Below, in pieces: positions 40,075 to 53,696 of a stretch of 64,000 nt of DNA (positions are counted from its first letter, which is position 1; every line of letters begins with the position of its first letter). The notes beneath the pieces are model-generated. The model was not told where the DNA came from, did no database searches, and saw only the letters and a program-made list of their open reading frames with translations. The position numbers and the translations under genes were made by a program. Origin of the DNA: Leucoraja erinacea (Eukaryota); contig NC_073384.1 in the NCBI RefSeq assembly GCF_028641065.1, forward strand, positions 63,860,001 through 63,924,000. Direction: 5' to 3'.

Positions 40075-40388
40075 GGGCGGCACAGTGGCACAGCAGTAAA
40101 GTTGCTGCCTTACAACGCTTACAGTGCCAGAGACCTGGGTCATATCATGGCTACAGTTGCTTGTCTGTACGGAGTTTGTACATTCTCCACGTGACCGCGC
40201 GGCTTTTCTCCGAGAATTTCGGTTTCCTCCCATACTCCAAAGGCGTACAGGTTTGTAGGTTAATTTGCTTGGTATAAATGTAAATTGTTTCCAGTGTGTG
40301 TTGGATAGTGTTAGTGTGCGGAGATCGCTGGTCGGTATGGACTCGGAGGGCCGAAGGGCCTGTTTCCGCGCTGTATCTCTAAACTAAA
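40075..40388 (+). mobile_element. tRNA-derived SINE (HE1-like), near full length
   Basis: gggcggcacagtggcacagcagta head to ctgtatctctaaactaaa tail. Confidence 0.8.
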
Positions 40389-40494
40389 AAGATAGTAAAA
40401 TCTGGGATGATAGAGACGTCAAGGAAGAATGAAAGCACAGGGTGGCGATATGGAAGCGCAGAGAATTTAAGTGGGAAGAAATGAAAAGAAGCAT

Positions 40495-41025
40495 CACAGA
40501 ATAGCAAGCACAGGTACAGGCTCTTCAGCCCGCAATGTCTGTGCCGGACATGATGCTAAGATTAACCATTAACTGCCTGCGCATAAATCATATTCCTCCA
40601 TTCCCTGCATATGCATCTTAAAGTCTTTTAAAGGCTAGTATTGTTTCTGTCTCCCCCACCACCCTGGCAGTGCACTCAGACACTCGCTACTCTCTGTGCA
40701 GAAAAATTTGCCTTGCATATTCTTTAAACTTTGCCCCTTTCACCTTAGAGCTATGCCCTCTAGTATTTGACATTTCTATCCTGGGTAAAAGGTTTGGACT
40801 ATCTATTCTATCAATGCCTCTCATAATTTTATATACTTCTATCAGATCTCCCCTCAATCTCCAGGACGCCAGAGAAAACAATCCAAGTCTGTCCAACCTC
40901 TGTCTGTAGCTAATACCCCCTACTCCAGGCATAATTCTCGTAAACCTCCTCACCATCCTCTCCGAAGTCTCCACATCCTGCCAAGCAATGGGGCAGCCAG
41001 AACCACATGCAATACTCTAACAAGG
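40495..41025 (-). mobile_element. CR1-like LINE fragment
   Basis: RRFTRIMPG...LRGDLIEVYKIMRGIDR. Confidence 0.8.
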
Positions 41026-41287
41026 GTAAACATTCAGAAGGTGTGAAGAGAAGATGAGAAAAAAGTGCAGATAGTAGAATGAGAGATAATGGGCTTTCCA
41101 AATAGTGCATTACACCATTCATTCTGTACCAATGATAACCATATAACAATTACAGCACGGAAACAGGCCATCTCGGCCCTTCTAGTCCGTGCCGAACACG
41201 TATTCTTCCCTAGTCCCATCTACCTGCACTCAGACCCTCCATTCCTTTCCCGTCCATATAACTATCCAATTTATTTTTAAATGATAA

Positions 41288-41453
41288 AATCGAACCAGCC
41301 TCCACCACCTTCACTGGAAGCTCATTCCACACCATGATATCATGAACAGAATTAATTATTATAGACAATGAATCGAACCAGCCTCCACCACCTTCACTGG
41401 AAGCTCATTCCACACCATGATATCATGAACAAAATTAATTATTATAGACAATG
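41288..41453. repeat. 83-bp tandem duplication
   Basis: 41288-41370 is repeated at 41371-41453 with one mismatch. Confidence 0.85.
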
Positions 41454-41644
41454 AATACCATTCGTAGGAAGCTGATTCCCCCAGCCTGACTCCACAATTG
41501 GTGAACAGACAGAACTAATGGAATTTTAGAGCAAAGATTTGTAAGTATCTTTTCCAGCAAAATAATTGGGGGTCAGAGTGGGTGCGGGGAGAATCATATA
41601 ATATGTATAATCATACAACAGCAAAATAAGCGATTCCAAGGATT

Positions 41645-42320
41645 TGAATGAATGAATAAGTTTATTGGCCAAGTATTCACATACAAGGAATTTGCCTTGG
41701 TGCTCCGCACGCAAGTGACAACATGACATACAGTGACAGTTATGGGCCAGTCCCACTGTACGAGGTAATTCAAGAGTTCTCCCGAGTTTTCCCCTGATTC
41801 GAACTCGAAGAATGTCCGTAGCGGGTCCGTAGGAGTTCGTGGATGTCTCGTAGCGGCTCGTACGAGTAAAAAGTAACAATTTTTTTCAACCGTTTTGACT
41901 GTGGAGTGGATGATGGCCTCCCATTTAAGGTCCTTGGAGATGATAGTTCCCAGGACTTAAAAGACTCCACAGATGTGATTGTGGTGTTGTTGATGGTGAG
42001 TGGGATGAGGGGAGGCAAAGCTCTCCAAAAGTCTACAATCAATTCCACGGTCTTAAGAGCATTGAGCTCCAGGTTGTTGTGATGGCACCAGGCCGCCAGC
42101 TGTGTCACTTCCTGTCTGCAGGCAGATTCCTCCCCATCCTGGATCAGTCCAATCAGGGTTGTGTCGTCCACAAACTTGAGAAGCTTGACAAAAGAGTCAG
42201 TGGAGGTGCAGTCATTGGTGTAGAGAGAGTAGAGAGGAGAGTACGCAGCCTTGCAGTGCTCCTATGCTGAGGGTTTGCGAGTCCGAGATGTGCTTTCCCA
42301 GCCTCACATGCTTGATTACA
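41645..42320 (-). mobile_element. Rex1/Babar-like LINE fragment with a truncated Harbinger-MITE end at ~41743-41885
   Basis: GALQGCVLS..., KFVDDTTLIGLI; gggccagtcccact terminus. Confidence 0.7.
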
Positions 42321-42442
42321 GCTTCCCCCCCAAAAAAAACAATTAAGAATCTAGGGACAATATTTGTTGATGCCACAACTAAATAAAAATGATTTACCAC
42401 GATATTCTATTCATAAATGAAGAACAATGCAGCGAAACATAC

Positions 42443-42603
42443 CAAGGAATGCTCCAATGTGCTGAGTGATACCTCCTGCCTCCATTGCAGCAACCTGGGT
42501 TTTTCTAAGGCTGTCAAGTAATGATGTTTTTCCATGGTCTACGTGGCCCATGATAGTAACTACGGGCGACCTTGAAACTAATAGTGCTGGATCTGCAGGT
42601 GGC
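42443..42603 (-). CDS. MTIF2: MTIF2 coding exon 4 (P-loop GHVDHGKT)
   Basis: [54 protein letters not shown]. Confidence 0.97.
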
Positions 42604-43289
42604 CTGAAACCCAAAAGGACACATTAAATAACTCTCGGATGATGGTTAACTCTTGTGTTTTATTGTTAAATCAATTCTTCAGTAATTAAGAATCTATTAA
42701 TAAATATCCAAGCCGAAAAGCATGGAAATAGTACATAAAATTTTGAAAGAAAATGGTGACAAAGTAGATTCTGAAACTTAGATTGCCATTTAGTGTTTTA
42801 TTTTTAATTAAAAGAATGAAAGGAAGATCAGTATATAGTAATCTCTAATTGCCCTCCAGGTAATGACATACCACTTCATTAAACCATTGGATTCCTTCAG
42901 AAGTTCGATAGGGGTTTTGTGAATTAGATGCAGTGACATTGCAGGAACAAAGATGAATAAGTCCCACATGACAATCCATTTTGTCTCTTCCCAAGGTCTC
43001 ACTTTTACCAAAGCCAGTCTTCAGTCCTTGTGAAACGGCTGTATACATGGGATCTATCAAAATGATGGGCCACAACAAATTCCAGTCTTGTGCTGCAGAC
43101 CGTGCATGCTTCTGAACCAAGCTGCTCCAGTTCAAATACAATCTTGGTAACTATTCAAGATGGAATGTGATTAGGAAAGGAACATGCACCTTGTGGCATT
43201 CCCTGTTGCCTTTGTCCATCTTGATGGTAGATTAGGGAGCTGATGCCAAAGTAATGTTGGCCAGTAACTGCAATCCATTTTAGTTTTAA

Positions 43290-43525
43290 AGAGTGTGGAA
43301 ACAGGCCCTTCAGCCCACCAAGTCCGTGCTGCTCTTCGCTTTTACATCCTACACACTAGGAGCAATTTACAGAATCTACAAACCAGATGCCTTTGGAATG
43401 TGGGAGGAAACTGGAGAAAACCACGCTGTCGCTGGGGGAATGTGCAAACTCAGCACAGACAGCAAGCGTGGTCAGGATCAAACCCAGGTCTCTGGCGCCG
43501 TGAGGCAGCAGCTCTACTGCTGTGG
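43290..43525 (-). mobile_element. tRNA-derived SINE (HE1-like)
   Basis: Reverse-complement copy of the family. Confidence 0.65.
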
Positions 43526-43840
43526 CTTGTCGATGTTACATGATATAGACATGGTATCTGATGAATGTTGGACTGTCAGTTAAGCAGACTACTTTATTCT
43601 GAAGGTTATGAGATTTGTGGTTGTTATCGGAACCACACTCATCCAGGTAAGCTGCACATATTTGCACAAAAGATAGCTTGCATCTTATTGTTTTTGACAG
43701 TCTGCAATAAAACTAAGCATTTGAACGCACAACAAAGGCAGATGAAATGTTCTTTAAAAAAAAAAACTTTTTACAACAGTCACCAAAAGAACATTAACTC
43801 CTCAATTATTATAATAATGCAAAATAAAGAATGAACCTAC

Positions 43841-44012
43841 CTCTTCACAGCATCTTTATTTTCTTTCACTTTTTCTTCTGTAAGTTTTGCCCATCTAAAC
43901 TTCATTCCAGATTTTTTAATTATATCTTTTATCCATTTTTCATCTAAGACAAAGTCATCATCTAATTCATCCGTATCCATGCTTGTATGCAGCAGAGCTT
44001 CATATACATGAT
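43841..44012 (-). CDS. MTIF2: MTIF2 coding exon 3
   Basis: DHVYEALLHTSMDTDELDDDFVLDEKWIKDIIKKSGMKFRWAKLTEEKVKENKDAVKR, similar to human DYVYEALLNTDID...KNKDAVRR. Confidence 0.93.
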
Positions 44013-44121
44013 CTAGATTCAGGCAGAGAAAGTCATCCTATTTGAATATGCAAGGATATATGCAAAGATATATATTTTTTGCTTTCAATCAATAAAGCAT
44101 TGAATTGAATTCAATGAGCTA

Positions 44122-47100
44122 AAGTGCCCTCCATAATGTTTCGGACAAAGACCCATCATTTATTTATTCGCCTCGGTACTCCACAATTTGAGATTTGTAA
44201 TAGAAAAGTTCACATGTGGCTTAAGTGCACATTGTCAGATTTTAATTAAGGCAATTTTTATACATTTTGGTCTCACCATGTAGAAATTACAGCAGTGTTT
44301 ACACATAGTCCCCCCATTTCAGGGCACCATGATGTTTGGGACACAGCAACGTCAATGAAAGTAGTCATGTATAGTATTTTGTTGCTTATCCTTTGCATGC
44401 AATGACGGCTTGAAGTCTGCGATTCATGGACATCAACAGTTGCTGGGTGTCTTCTCTGGTGATGCTCTGTCAGGCCTGTCTTGCAGCCATCTTTATCTTA
44501 TGCTTATTTTGGGGGCTAGTCTCCTTCTGTTTTCTCTTCAGTCAAGTCAAGTCAAGTCAAGTCTATTTGTCACATACACATACGAGATGTGCAGTGAAAT
44601 GAAAAATGGCAATGCTCGCGGACTTTGTGCAAAAAGACAAACAAACAAACAAACAACCAAACAAGCTACAAACAGAATGGAACAGAATCACATATTATTT
44701 TACATATTAAATATTGTGGGCGGAAGGAAAAAGGGATAAAACTGCACTTAAAAAAAAAAAAAGCAGTAGAGTGGTACAGTAAAAGTTAGTCCCTGGTGAG
44801 ATAGGAGTTTACAGTCCTAATGGCCTCTGGGAAGAAACTCCTTCTCAATCTCTCCATTCTCACAGCATGGCAACGGAGGCGTTTGCCTGACCGTAACAGC
44901 TGGAACAGTCCGTTGCAGGGGTGGAAGGGGTCTCCCATGATTTTATTGGCTCTGGAGTTGCACCTCCTGATGTATAGTTCCTGCAGGGGGGCGAGTGAAG
45001 TTCCCATAGTGCGTTCGGCCGAACGCACTACTCTCTGCAGAGCCTTCTTGTCCTGGGCAGAGCAATTCCCAAACCAGATGGTAATATTTCCGGACAAGAT
45101 GCTTTCCACAGCCGCTGAGTAGAAGCACTGGAGGATCCTCGGAGACACTCTGAATTTCCTCAATTGCCTGAGGTGGTAAAGGCGCTGCCTTGCCTTACTC
45201 ACAAGTGCTGCGGCGTGTGATGTCCATGTCATATCCTCAGAGATGTGGACTCCCAGATATTTAAAACAGCTCACCCTATCCACAGTATCCCCATTTATCC
45301 TCAATGGTGTGTACGTCCTCGGATGATGTGCCCTCCTAAAGTCCACGACCAGCTCCTTAGTTTTTTTTGATGGTCAAGAGGAGGCTGTTGTCCTGACACC
45401 AGAGTGCTAGATCAGCCACCTCCTCCCGGTAGGCCTTCTCATCGTTGTCTGAGATCAGGTCCACCACCACAGTGTCATCAGCAAACTTGATGAAACCTAG
45501 CTGAACCTAGCCACACAGTCATGTGTGTACAGGGACTACAATAGGGGGCTGAGGATGCAACCCTGGGGTGATCCTGTGCTCAGGATGATGTATTCCCTCC
45601 CATCTTGACTACCTGGGGCCTGGCGGTGAGAAAATCCAGGACCCAGGCACACAGGGGAGTGTTGAGCCCCAATTTCAGTAGCTTCTCGGCCAGTCTGGTG
45701 GGGGCAATTGTGTTGAAGGCTGAACTGAAGTCTATGAACAGCATCCTCACGTAGCCCCCCTTCTGGCTGTCAAGATGAGGGAGAGCGGTGTGCAAAACCT
45801 GGAAGACCGCATCATCCGTGGACCTGTTCGGACGGTTATGCGAACTGTGTCGGGTCCATATTGCGAGGGAGGAAGGAGCAGATGTGTTTCTTCACCAACC
45901 TCTCAAATCATTTCATGACTACCGAGGTAAGGGCCACCGGACGGTAGTAATTCAGACAGGCTGGGGAGGCATTTTTTGGTACCGGTACAATGATGGATTT
46001 TTTGAAGCAGGCAGGGACGAAGGGCTTGTCCAGGGAGAGGTTGAATATGTAGTGAGCACTGGAGCTAGCTGCGTAGCACAGGACTTGAGTACTAACCCCG
46101 AGATGCCATCGGGGCCTGCAGCTTTCCTCGTGTTCACCCGTGTCAGAGCCCTCCTCACATCGTGCTCGGACAGTGAGAATGTGTGCACATTCCTCCCTTC
46201 AGCTTCGTTAGCCAGCCCGCTGGTGGTATTGTCGATAGTCGGCAGACCTGGAGTGGTATTGCCCCTCTCGAAACGAGCGTAAAAGGAGTTCAGGTCATCA
46301 GCTAGGGAGGTGCCGGCACTTGCGGATGAGGGTGGGGTGCTGGAGGGTTGGTTACAGCCCGTAGCCCCTGCCACAAGCGTCTGGTGTCCTGCTGCTCCAT
46401 CTGCGACTCCATCTTGTCCCTGTACTTCCTTTTTGCGACCTTCGCAGTAGGTAGGACTCTACCTTGTAGACGTCCATGTTTCCTGATGCCAGGCCCGAGT
46501 TGTAGGCAGCAGTGCGAGCATTCAAGGCAACACGAATGGACCCGTCTACCCAGGGTTTTTGATTCGGAAACGTGCTTACCCTTACCGTGGGGACGATGTT
46601 GTTGGTTATTGTTGCGATGAAGTCCGTGACTGCTTCCTCGAACTCACTGACGTCACTGGAACTTGCTTCGAACATATTCCAGTCGACATCACTCAGTGCA
46701 TCTTGCAGCATGGCCTCTGACTGGTCAGACCACCGCTTTACGTCACTCATCTCTACCGCTTCCCGAACTATCCTCTGTTTATACTCCGGCAGCAGGAAAA
46801 TGGCAGTGTGGTCAGGTTTTCCTATGGGAGGGAGTGAAACGGCCTTGTAGCCCTTCCTGAACGGCGTCCTTCAGCATATAAAAGGCATGCTCAATTGGGT
46901 TCAGATCGGGTGATTAACTTGGCCAATCCAAATTGATCATTGTTTAGCTTTTGAAAAACTCCTTTGTTGCTTTAGCAGTATGTTTGGAATAATTGTCTTG
47001 CTGTAGAATGAACCACCGGCCAATGAGTTTTGAGGCATTTGTGTTCACTTGAGCAGATAGGATGTGTCTATACACTTCAGAATTCATTATGCTACTACCG

Positions 47101-48066
47101 TCAGCAGTTGTATCATCAATGAAGATAAGTGAGCCAGTACCTTCAGCAGCCATACATGCCCAGGCCATGTTTCACAGATGAGGTGGTATGCTTTGGATCT
47201 TGGGCAGTTCCTTCTCACCTCCATGCTTTGCTCTTGCCATCACTGATATAAGTTAATCTGTCCACAACACCTTGTTCCAGAACTGTGGTTGCTCTTTTAA
47301 GTACTTCTTGGCAAACTGTAACCCGGCCATCCTATTTTTGCAGCTAACCAGTGGTTTGCATCTTGCAGTGTAGCCTCTGTATTTCTGTTCATGAAGTCTT
47401 CTGTGGACAGTGGTCATTGATAAATCCACACTTGACTCCTGAGGAGTGTTTCTGATCTGTCGGACAGGTGTTTGGGGGGTTTCTTTATTATAGAGAGAAT
47501 TCTTCTGTCATCAGCTGTGGAGGTCTTCCTTGACCTGCCAGTCCCTTTGTGATTAGTAAGGTCACCAGTGCTCTCTTTCTTCTTAATGATGTTCCAAACA
47601 GTTGATTTTGGTAAGCCCAATGTTTGGCTGATGACTCTAACAGTTTTATTCTTGTTTCTCAGTTCTATAATGGCTTCTGACTTTCATTGGCACAACTTTG
47701 GTCCTCGCGTTGATAAACAGCAATAAAAGTTTCCAAAGGTGATGGAAAGACTGGAGGAAAGACTAGGTGCTGAGAGCTCTTTTATACCTGCATTAAGGAG
47801 GCAATTAAACACACCTGAGCAATTACAAATGCCTGTGAAGCCATGTGTCTCAAACATTATGGTGCCCTGAAATGGGGGGACTATGTATAAACAGATGTAA
47901 TTTCTATATGGTGAAACCAAAATGTATAAAAATACCCTTTAATCAAATTTGACAGTGCACTTTAACCACGTGTATTTTTTTTTTTAATTACAAACCTCAA
48001 ATTGTGGAGTACAAAGGCAAATAAATAAAAGATGCGTCTTTGTCCCAAACATTATGGAGGGCAATG
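44122..48066 (-). mobile_element. Tc1/mariner DNA transposon (long IR/DR-type TIRs), decayed, split by Rex1
   Basis: ~225-bp TIRs at 44122-44347 and ~47840-48066 with internal direct repeats. Transposase fragments GLPKSTVWNIIKK...TGR and WACMAAEGTG...FILQQDN. Confidence 0.88.
44542..46868 (-). mobile_element. Rex1/Babar-like LINE inserted in Tc1
   Basis: [40 protein letters not shown]; (cttga)n tail; TSD cttcag at 44536-44541 and 46869-46874. Confidence 0.88.
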
Positions 48067-48631
48067 TGCATCAACAAATCCACAGTATTCATATTGTACC
48101 TGTGGAGAACTATTGGATATTTCCTTGATGCTTTGAATTGTTTGGTATGCAAAAATGTGATGTAGAATCTGCTAAGTGGAATGAACAATCTTGCACACTG
48201 AACAAGATTCTATTAAAATATGAATGAACTATATTAGATACAGGCAGTTGTAAATTTTAATAAAGTGTGCTTCGGGTGAAAAGTATTACATGAAAAATAC
48301 CATAGAAATAAATCTTGAAATGCTAAAAGACACACACAGCTCTTTCAATCCTGTAAAGCAATCTGGGAAGCATTTTTGAAAGTTAAACAATTACCTGACA
48401 CAGTCATACTCTCAGTCCCAATCAAATGGTCAGGCAAATGAATCCTCACATACGACTACCTCCCCATAGAATCAAGTGAAATATTGGCAAAAGAACCTTC
48501 TACAGTCTTTTTTTTACTGATAAATTGATTTTTTTCAAATTGAACAACACTAAATGTGCTAAAGGGTAGGAAACTTCAATGTCCATATCCAAAAGTGGTT
48601 TCATTACGATATAAAAATAAGTAATCTCAGT

Positions 48632-49975
48632 ACATCGATTGATACAAATACATCGATTGATGCTCCTGAACACATCATCAGTGATGTAACCTGGGGTCAT
48701 TGGGTGTTTCGGGTCTTTCAACATCAGACACCCTCACCCAGGCGACCCAGCCGTGGTTGATCAGACCACGACTTGTATTCAGGTGACATTCACTCCTCCC
48801 CATGGACCTCCTCTCCTGATCCAGAGCCATCTCGAGGCCTTCTCCGCTGCCTCTGTGGTGTTCTTGATGGCCATTCTCCTCGCTACTCCGTTTATGCCCA
48901 GTGCACTCAAGGCTTTGTAGAGCGATTGCCCTACAAAACCTCTACAGCCAACCTCGATGGGCATACACCTTGCCTTCCATCCCTGCTTGCCGCAGTCTAT
49001 GACCAGCTCTTCATATTTGGCCATCTTCCTCTCGTGGGCCTCCTCCAGACGGTCCTCCCACAGCACTGTCAGTTCCAACAAGAGGATGTTTTTGGTCGCC
49101 TCTGAGACCAGGAGGATATCTGGCCTCAGGGTGGTCGTGGCAATGTGCTGTAGGAACTTCAGCTGTTTCACCAGGTCTACGGAAAGCTGCCAGTCCTGCG
49201 CAGTCGCCAGGATTCCTGACGGATTCCTGGCTGCTGTGGTTCTTGGCAGCTGCACTCCGGCCTTCACGAAGGTGATCATCTGGGTGGTGGGGCGTTCTCG
49301 TCTGCAACTGCTGATTCCCATGCTGATGGCTTCTGCAATGGGTTTGAGAACCTGGTCGTGACGCCATGTTGTACTGGCCCTGCCCAAGAGCCTTTGGGCA
49401 ACAGTTCAGGATGTGTTCCAAATGTCCTGAGCATCTGAGCATTGCGGGCAATCTGGAGATTCCACTTTGCCCCAGATGAAGAGGTTCGATGGGCTGGGCA
49501 GGACATCATACACTGCCTGGACCAGGAACTTGATGCGCTGTGCTTCAGCCTGCCAGAGCTCAGTCCATGTGACTTTTCGGTCCATGGCCTGCTCCCACCT
49601 TGTCCAGGCTCCCTGCTGCCTCAATCCAACTGCTCTGGTACACCTCTCCTCCTCCACCACCACTGCCCTCACATCCTCCTGGACCAGCCTGCGCCTCTCC
49701 TTCCCCTTGGCCTTGTCAAACTGTGAAGATGCGAAGATTCCCAGGCCAGCTCTTCCCCGAGTCACTGCTCCCACCAGGACTCTGTGGTGTATCCGGGACT
49801 CTGCTTGCAGCACGGCTTCGCTGGTTCTCCACTTCCTCCCAGTTTTCACCTCCACCACTGCCTGAGCCACCTTGGGGTCGCTGGAGTCCCTGTACATCAT
49901 CACCTCTCTGGCCTGAGTCACCATGAACTCCTCCTCCAGGGACTTCAGGGGCAGCTGGAGCAAGTATATGCAGGC
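48632..49975 (-). mobile_element. Restriction-like endonuclease (RLE) non-LTR retrotransposon, HERO/NeSL-like, 5'-truncated
   Basis: CCHC knuckle (CPQC...HILNCC), RHD, LRPDILL...ELTVLWE...KMAKY, IEVGCRGF, i.e. a PD..(D/E)xK RLE domain. Confidence 0.85.
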
Positions 49976-50150
49976 TCACAGTAATACCAGCCTCTTATTT
50001 ATTTGGTCTGCAACACTCCTACATCCATACACTCCCATCAACTCGCTCCAGATTCTATCACTCAACTACATATTAGGAGCAAGTGACAATGGTCAATTTA
50101 CCTACCATCCTGTACATTTGGGATGTGGAGGAATGCAGAGCTCTCAATGG

Positions 50151-50183
<33 letters not shown>

Positions 50184-52438
50184 CATAGGCAGAGCATATA
50201 AACTGCACACAGACAGTTCCAGATCTCAGGATTGAAGTGAAGTTGCTGAAGCTGTGAGGCAGAAGCTCTACTAACCAATACCCTTTACCGCTTCTTAAAG
50301 AGTTGGCTGAAGATCAAAACTACCAAGATCATTCGAGAACCAAAACTTTGGGAAAATCCAGTCAGTCTTGCCATCAATAATTGAATTAACAATATTAATT
50401 TGTGGGGTCACTGCCCAATCCCAATGATGATAAAATTCCATTTATGTCTCTAGGTTGAGCCAACTGATAAAAATAGATGTTGTCTGGATCTAGTAACGTG
50501 AAACTTAGTATCCATGAAGCATTGTGGACCATTATCAGCCACATAATTAAATTCCATCAAAATGGGTAAACATGTGGATAAATATATTCTTCACCATACA
50601 AGTACTATCAAGGGAGGGCACCTGCTCAGGTTAAAAGCAGCAGCAAGTAAACCAATAATAATAATGGATAGAACAATGAACTATGTATGTAAAGAGTGGA
50701 AACAGTGTGATAAACAATTCTACAAGCAGTGAGATTAAAGCTCTAGCCATAAAAAAATAAGCATGCAGAAGGAAGAAGCTGCATGCATACACCTCACCAG
50801 CATCAAGGATGGAAGGATTCAGAATGCAAGTGCAAAAGACTGAATGCTTGGAACCATCTTCAACCACAAGTCACATATGAAAATTCACCTTGTCTCTTTC
50901 CAAGATTCCATCATTACCAAAGCCGATCTTCATTCCATGCAACATTAAGAAACCATTATGCACAAAGGGTTTACCAAATCTGATGGTTCACAACAAACCA
51001 TTATTGTGCTGAAGACTTGAGCTATAAAATTAGCCATACCTCTAAATCAGTTTGCAACAGTTTACAACTTCAGTAACTACCCAAGCAAAAAAAATCTGCA
51101 GAGATGTCTTCTAAAAGCAAAACAAATCCAATAGCTAATTACCATTCTTCCACTTACCAGACTTCTCTCAATCACCAGCCAAGTGCTTAAAGGTGTTGTT
51201 CATATTAACAAAATACATTTTCATGCCAATAACCTGTTTACAAACAATTCTTGGCTCTCCAACTTGAACCATTCAGCTCCACAATCCTTTAGAACATTGG
51301 TCCAAATAAGATAAAGAGCCAATGAGCCAAAGCAAGATTTGACCAAGTATGTCATCGGGTAGCTAAAACACAATTGATTATCAAAACTTGAGAAAAGGTA
51401 ACAAAGGAGGAAGTGGTGATTTTCAGAAACTAATTCTCAGTCCCAGGCCAATGCTGGGGTATTCCAGGCAATGTTCTAGTCTAACCATCTTCAACTGCTT
51501 CAGCACATTCCCACTATCAGCTCAGAATTGGGAACATGTGCTTATTACCTAGCATGTCTGCTTGTAATGTAGCCTAAAGAACACAGTTTTAACAAAACTG
51601 AGGACTGGATTAAGTAGATAGTAATATTTGTATTACAAATACTAGATAGTGGCTATTAACCACAATAAAAACGAATAACACATTAAATAATGGTGAATAA
51701 CTCATCACCAAAAAACTGTGGGGTCACCATTGATTAGAAACCAAATGGAACCTGGCTAACATATATTAATGACTGCCAATGCAAGTCAAAGCTGATGACC
51801 CATCTTCTAATACCCAAGATCTTCCAACCATATGCAAGATACAAATCATGTATGAAGGAATACTCTCAATTTAATGAGCCCTGAATCAACACTATTCAAG
51901 CTTGAAGCCATTCAGCGTATCACTTGATTGGCACCCCATTCTGCACCAATTCAAACATTTATTTTCCCCTACCATCCTTTTGGTCATTAGCTGCAAGTGG
52001 GCACAACCTTACATTGTACTGTGGCAAGGCATTTCAACAGCAATTCACAAATTTGCTTCTTCTGGTGAGGACATAAGTGGCAGAAATTTGGAAACAATAT
52101 ACCTTGGAACTTTACTTTCAAGTTACGCATCTTCCTGACTTGAAAATATGTGATTTCATCCTCACTGCGTGAAAAATGCTGAAACTACCTACCTAGAGTA
52201 GTGAGTGAGTACACTCATTGAACAGACGACAGTAGACTATTGCTGTTTCCAATGAGTAATAATTGCCAGAACCAATGAGTAATACATGCAGCCATCCCAG
52301 TAATGCCCACAATCCATGAACAGTTCATAAAAATCAAAAAAAGAGTACAATTCAACAAAGTCACTGCTCCAAAACATTTGCCAATCATGTTATCACGTGT
52401 TTTGATTAATATCAAATTAATTTGCTTTGGAGACTTGC

Positions 52439-52550
52439 CTGTATCTTTATCCATAGCTTCCGCTAGTTCAGAAACGGTCATTCTTTGCTTTATCTCCACT
52501 TCTTTCTTTATCTGCTTTTGTTTCACAGCAGCAGTCTTATATATTCCTTT
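52439..52550 (-). CDS. MTIF2: MTIF2 coding exon 2 (GC donor)
   Basis: KGIYKTAAVKQKQIKKEVEIKQRMTVSELAEAMDKDT G|gcaagt; the phase matches exon 3. Confidence 0.88.
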
Positions 52551-53495
52551 CTTAAACGAGAAAAGGGAATTTACAAAATAATAAACTTGTAACGGTAACT
52601 ACTGGACATCTTCAAATGTATAACAAACTTTTCAGCATGCTGGTTTCTTATCTCCTTGATATAACTAGATTTGCACAATTACTGTTTCATATGCACTTTT
52701 ATAATAATCTATAAACTGTTTAACAGATACATTTGTATCAATCAATATGCATATGTGCAGCGGTATACACCGTCATTATTATCTTTGTGAATTTAGCGCA
52801 TAGACTTCCCACAGATTACAAAAAAACAGACGTCTTTCTTTTGCACCTAATATACCCCCAAATAAACGTTAATATTTCTAATATTAATTAGAAAGGATAT
52901 TGTCTAATAAATTACTTCAATTGAATCCACTGATACTAAAAAGCAGTGATTGATTTTGAAATCTCAAGATGGAATTGTATAAACACCATTTTTTTTCCTA
53001 TTCCAACAGCACACAGAGGACATGGTCTGGAAATTGGTCACCTTATTTATGCACAAAATGATTGTTTCCTCAAAGTTTACAGATATATTTTATTTAAAAA
53101 ATATTTAATGGGATCTTGGACCAACCTCGTGAGCACCGGATATCAAATCAGCAGATAACGAGTGTAATTTATTTTCAAAAACATTTCATAAGTGTGGTGT
53201 AAAATTTATTTTTGACTGAAGTAAAAAACTTGCAATTACAAATTCTAATTCTCTCCTACATAATGGAAAGTACGACACTGTTTAAGTTGAATGAATAAGA
53301 TCACAAGGAATTAGTGTGATAACAATTTTCTAAATGGAAGCAGAAGCTTTATTATTTCATTAACCCATTTCAGAAAATGCAGGTGAGTACAGATGTCCAC
53401 AAATGTCGTTATATGGTTAGATATCAATTTCATGAATGGTGACAAGTCAGAGTGGAAGACACTACAGGATCAAAAACTGTAACAGATCACCGTAC

Positions 53496-53696
53496 CCTTT
53501 TGGTGCTGAAAACCCGGATGAATAACGGGCTGAATTTGTCAATATTCCTGGGTAACCATCTTTGCAGCAGCATCAGTAGATATGGACGAGGCCTCAGGTC
53601 AAGAGCATTTCTCCATTTCAAAATATGGATTTCTTGGTTACGTGACTTCCACGTTGCAGGTTTCAGTCCAAACAATATTCTTCTCATCATCGCCAT
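53496..53696 (-). CDS. MTIF2: MTIF2 coding exon 1 (mitochondrial targeting peptide)
   Basis: Acceptor at 53700, MAMMRRILFGLKPATWKSRN...RVFSTKR|gtacgg. Arg/Leu-rich and acid-poor like a presequence; phase 0 matches exon 2. Confidence 0.8.
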
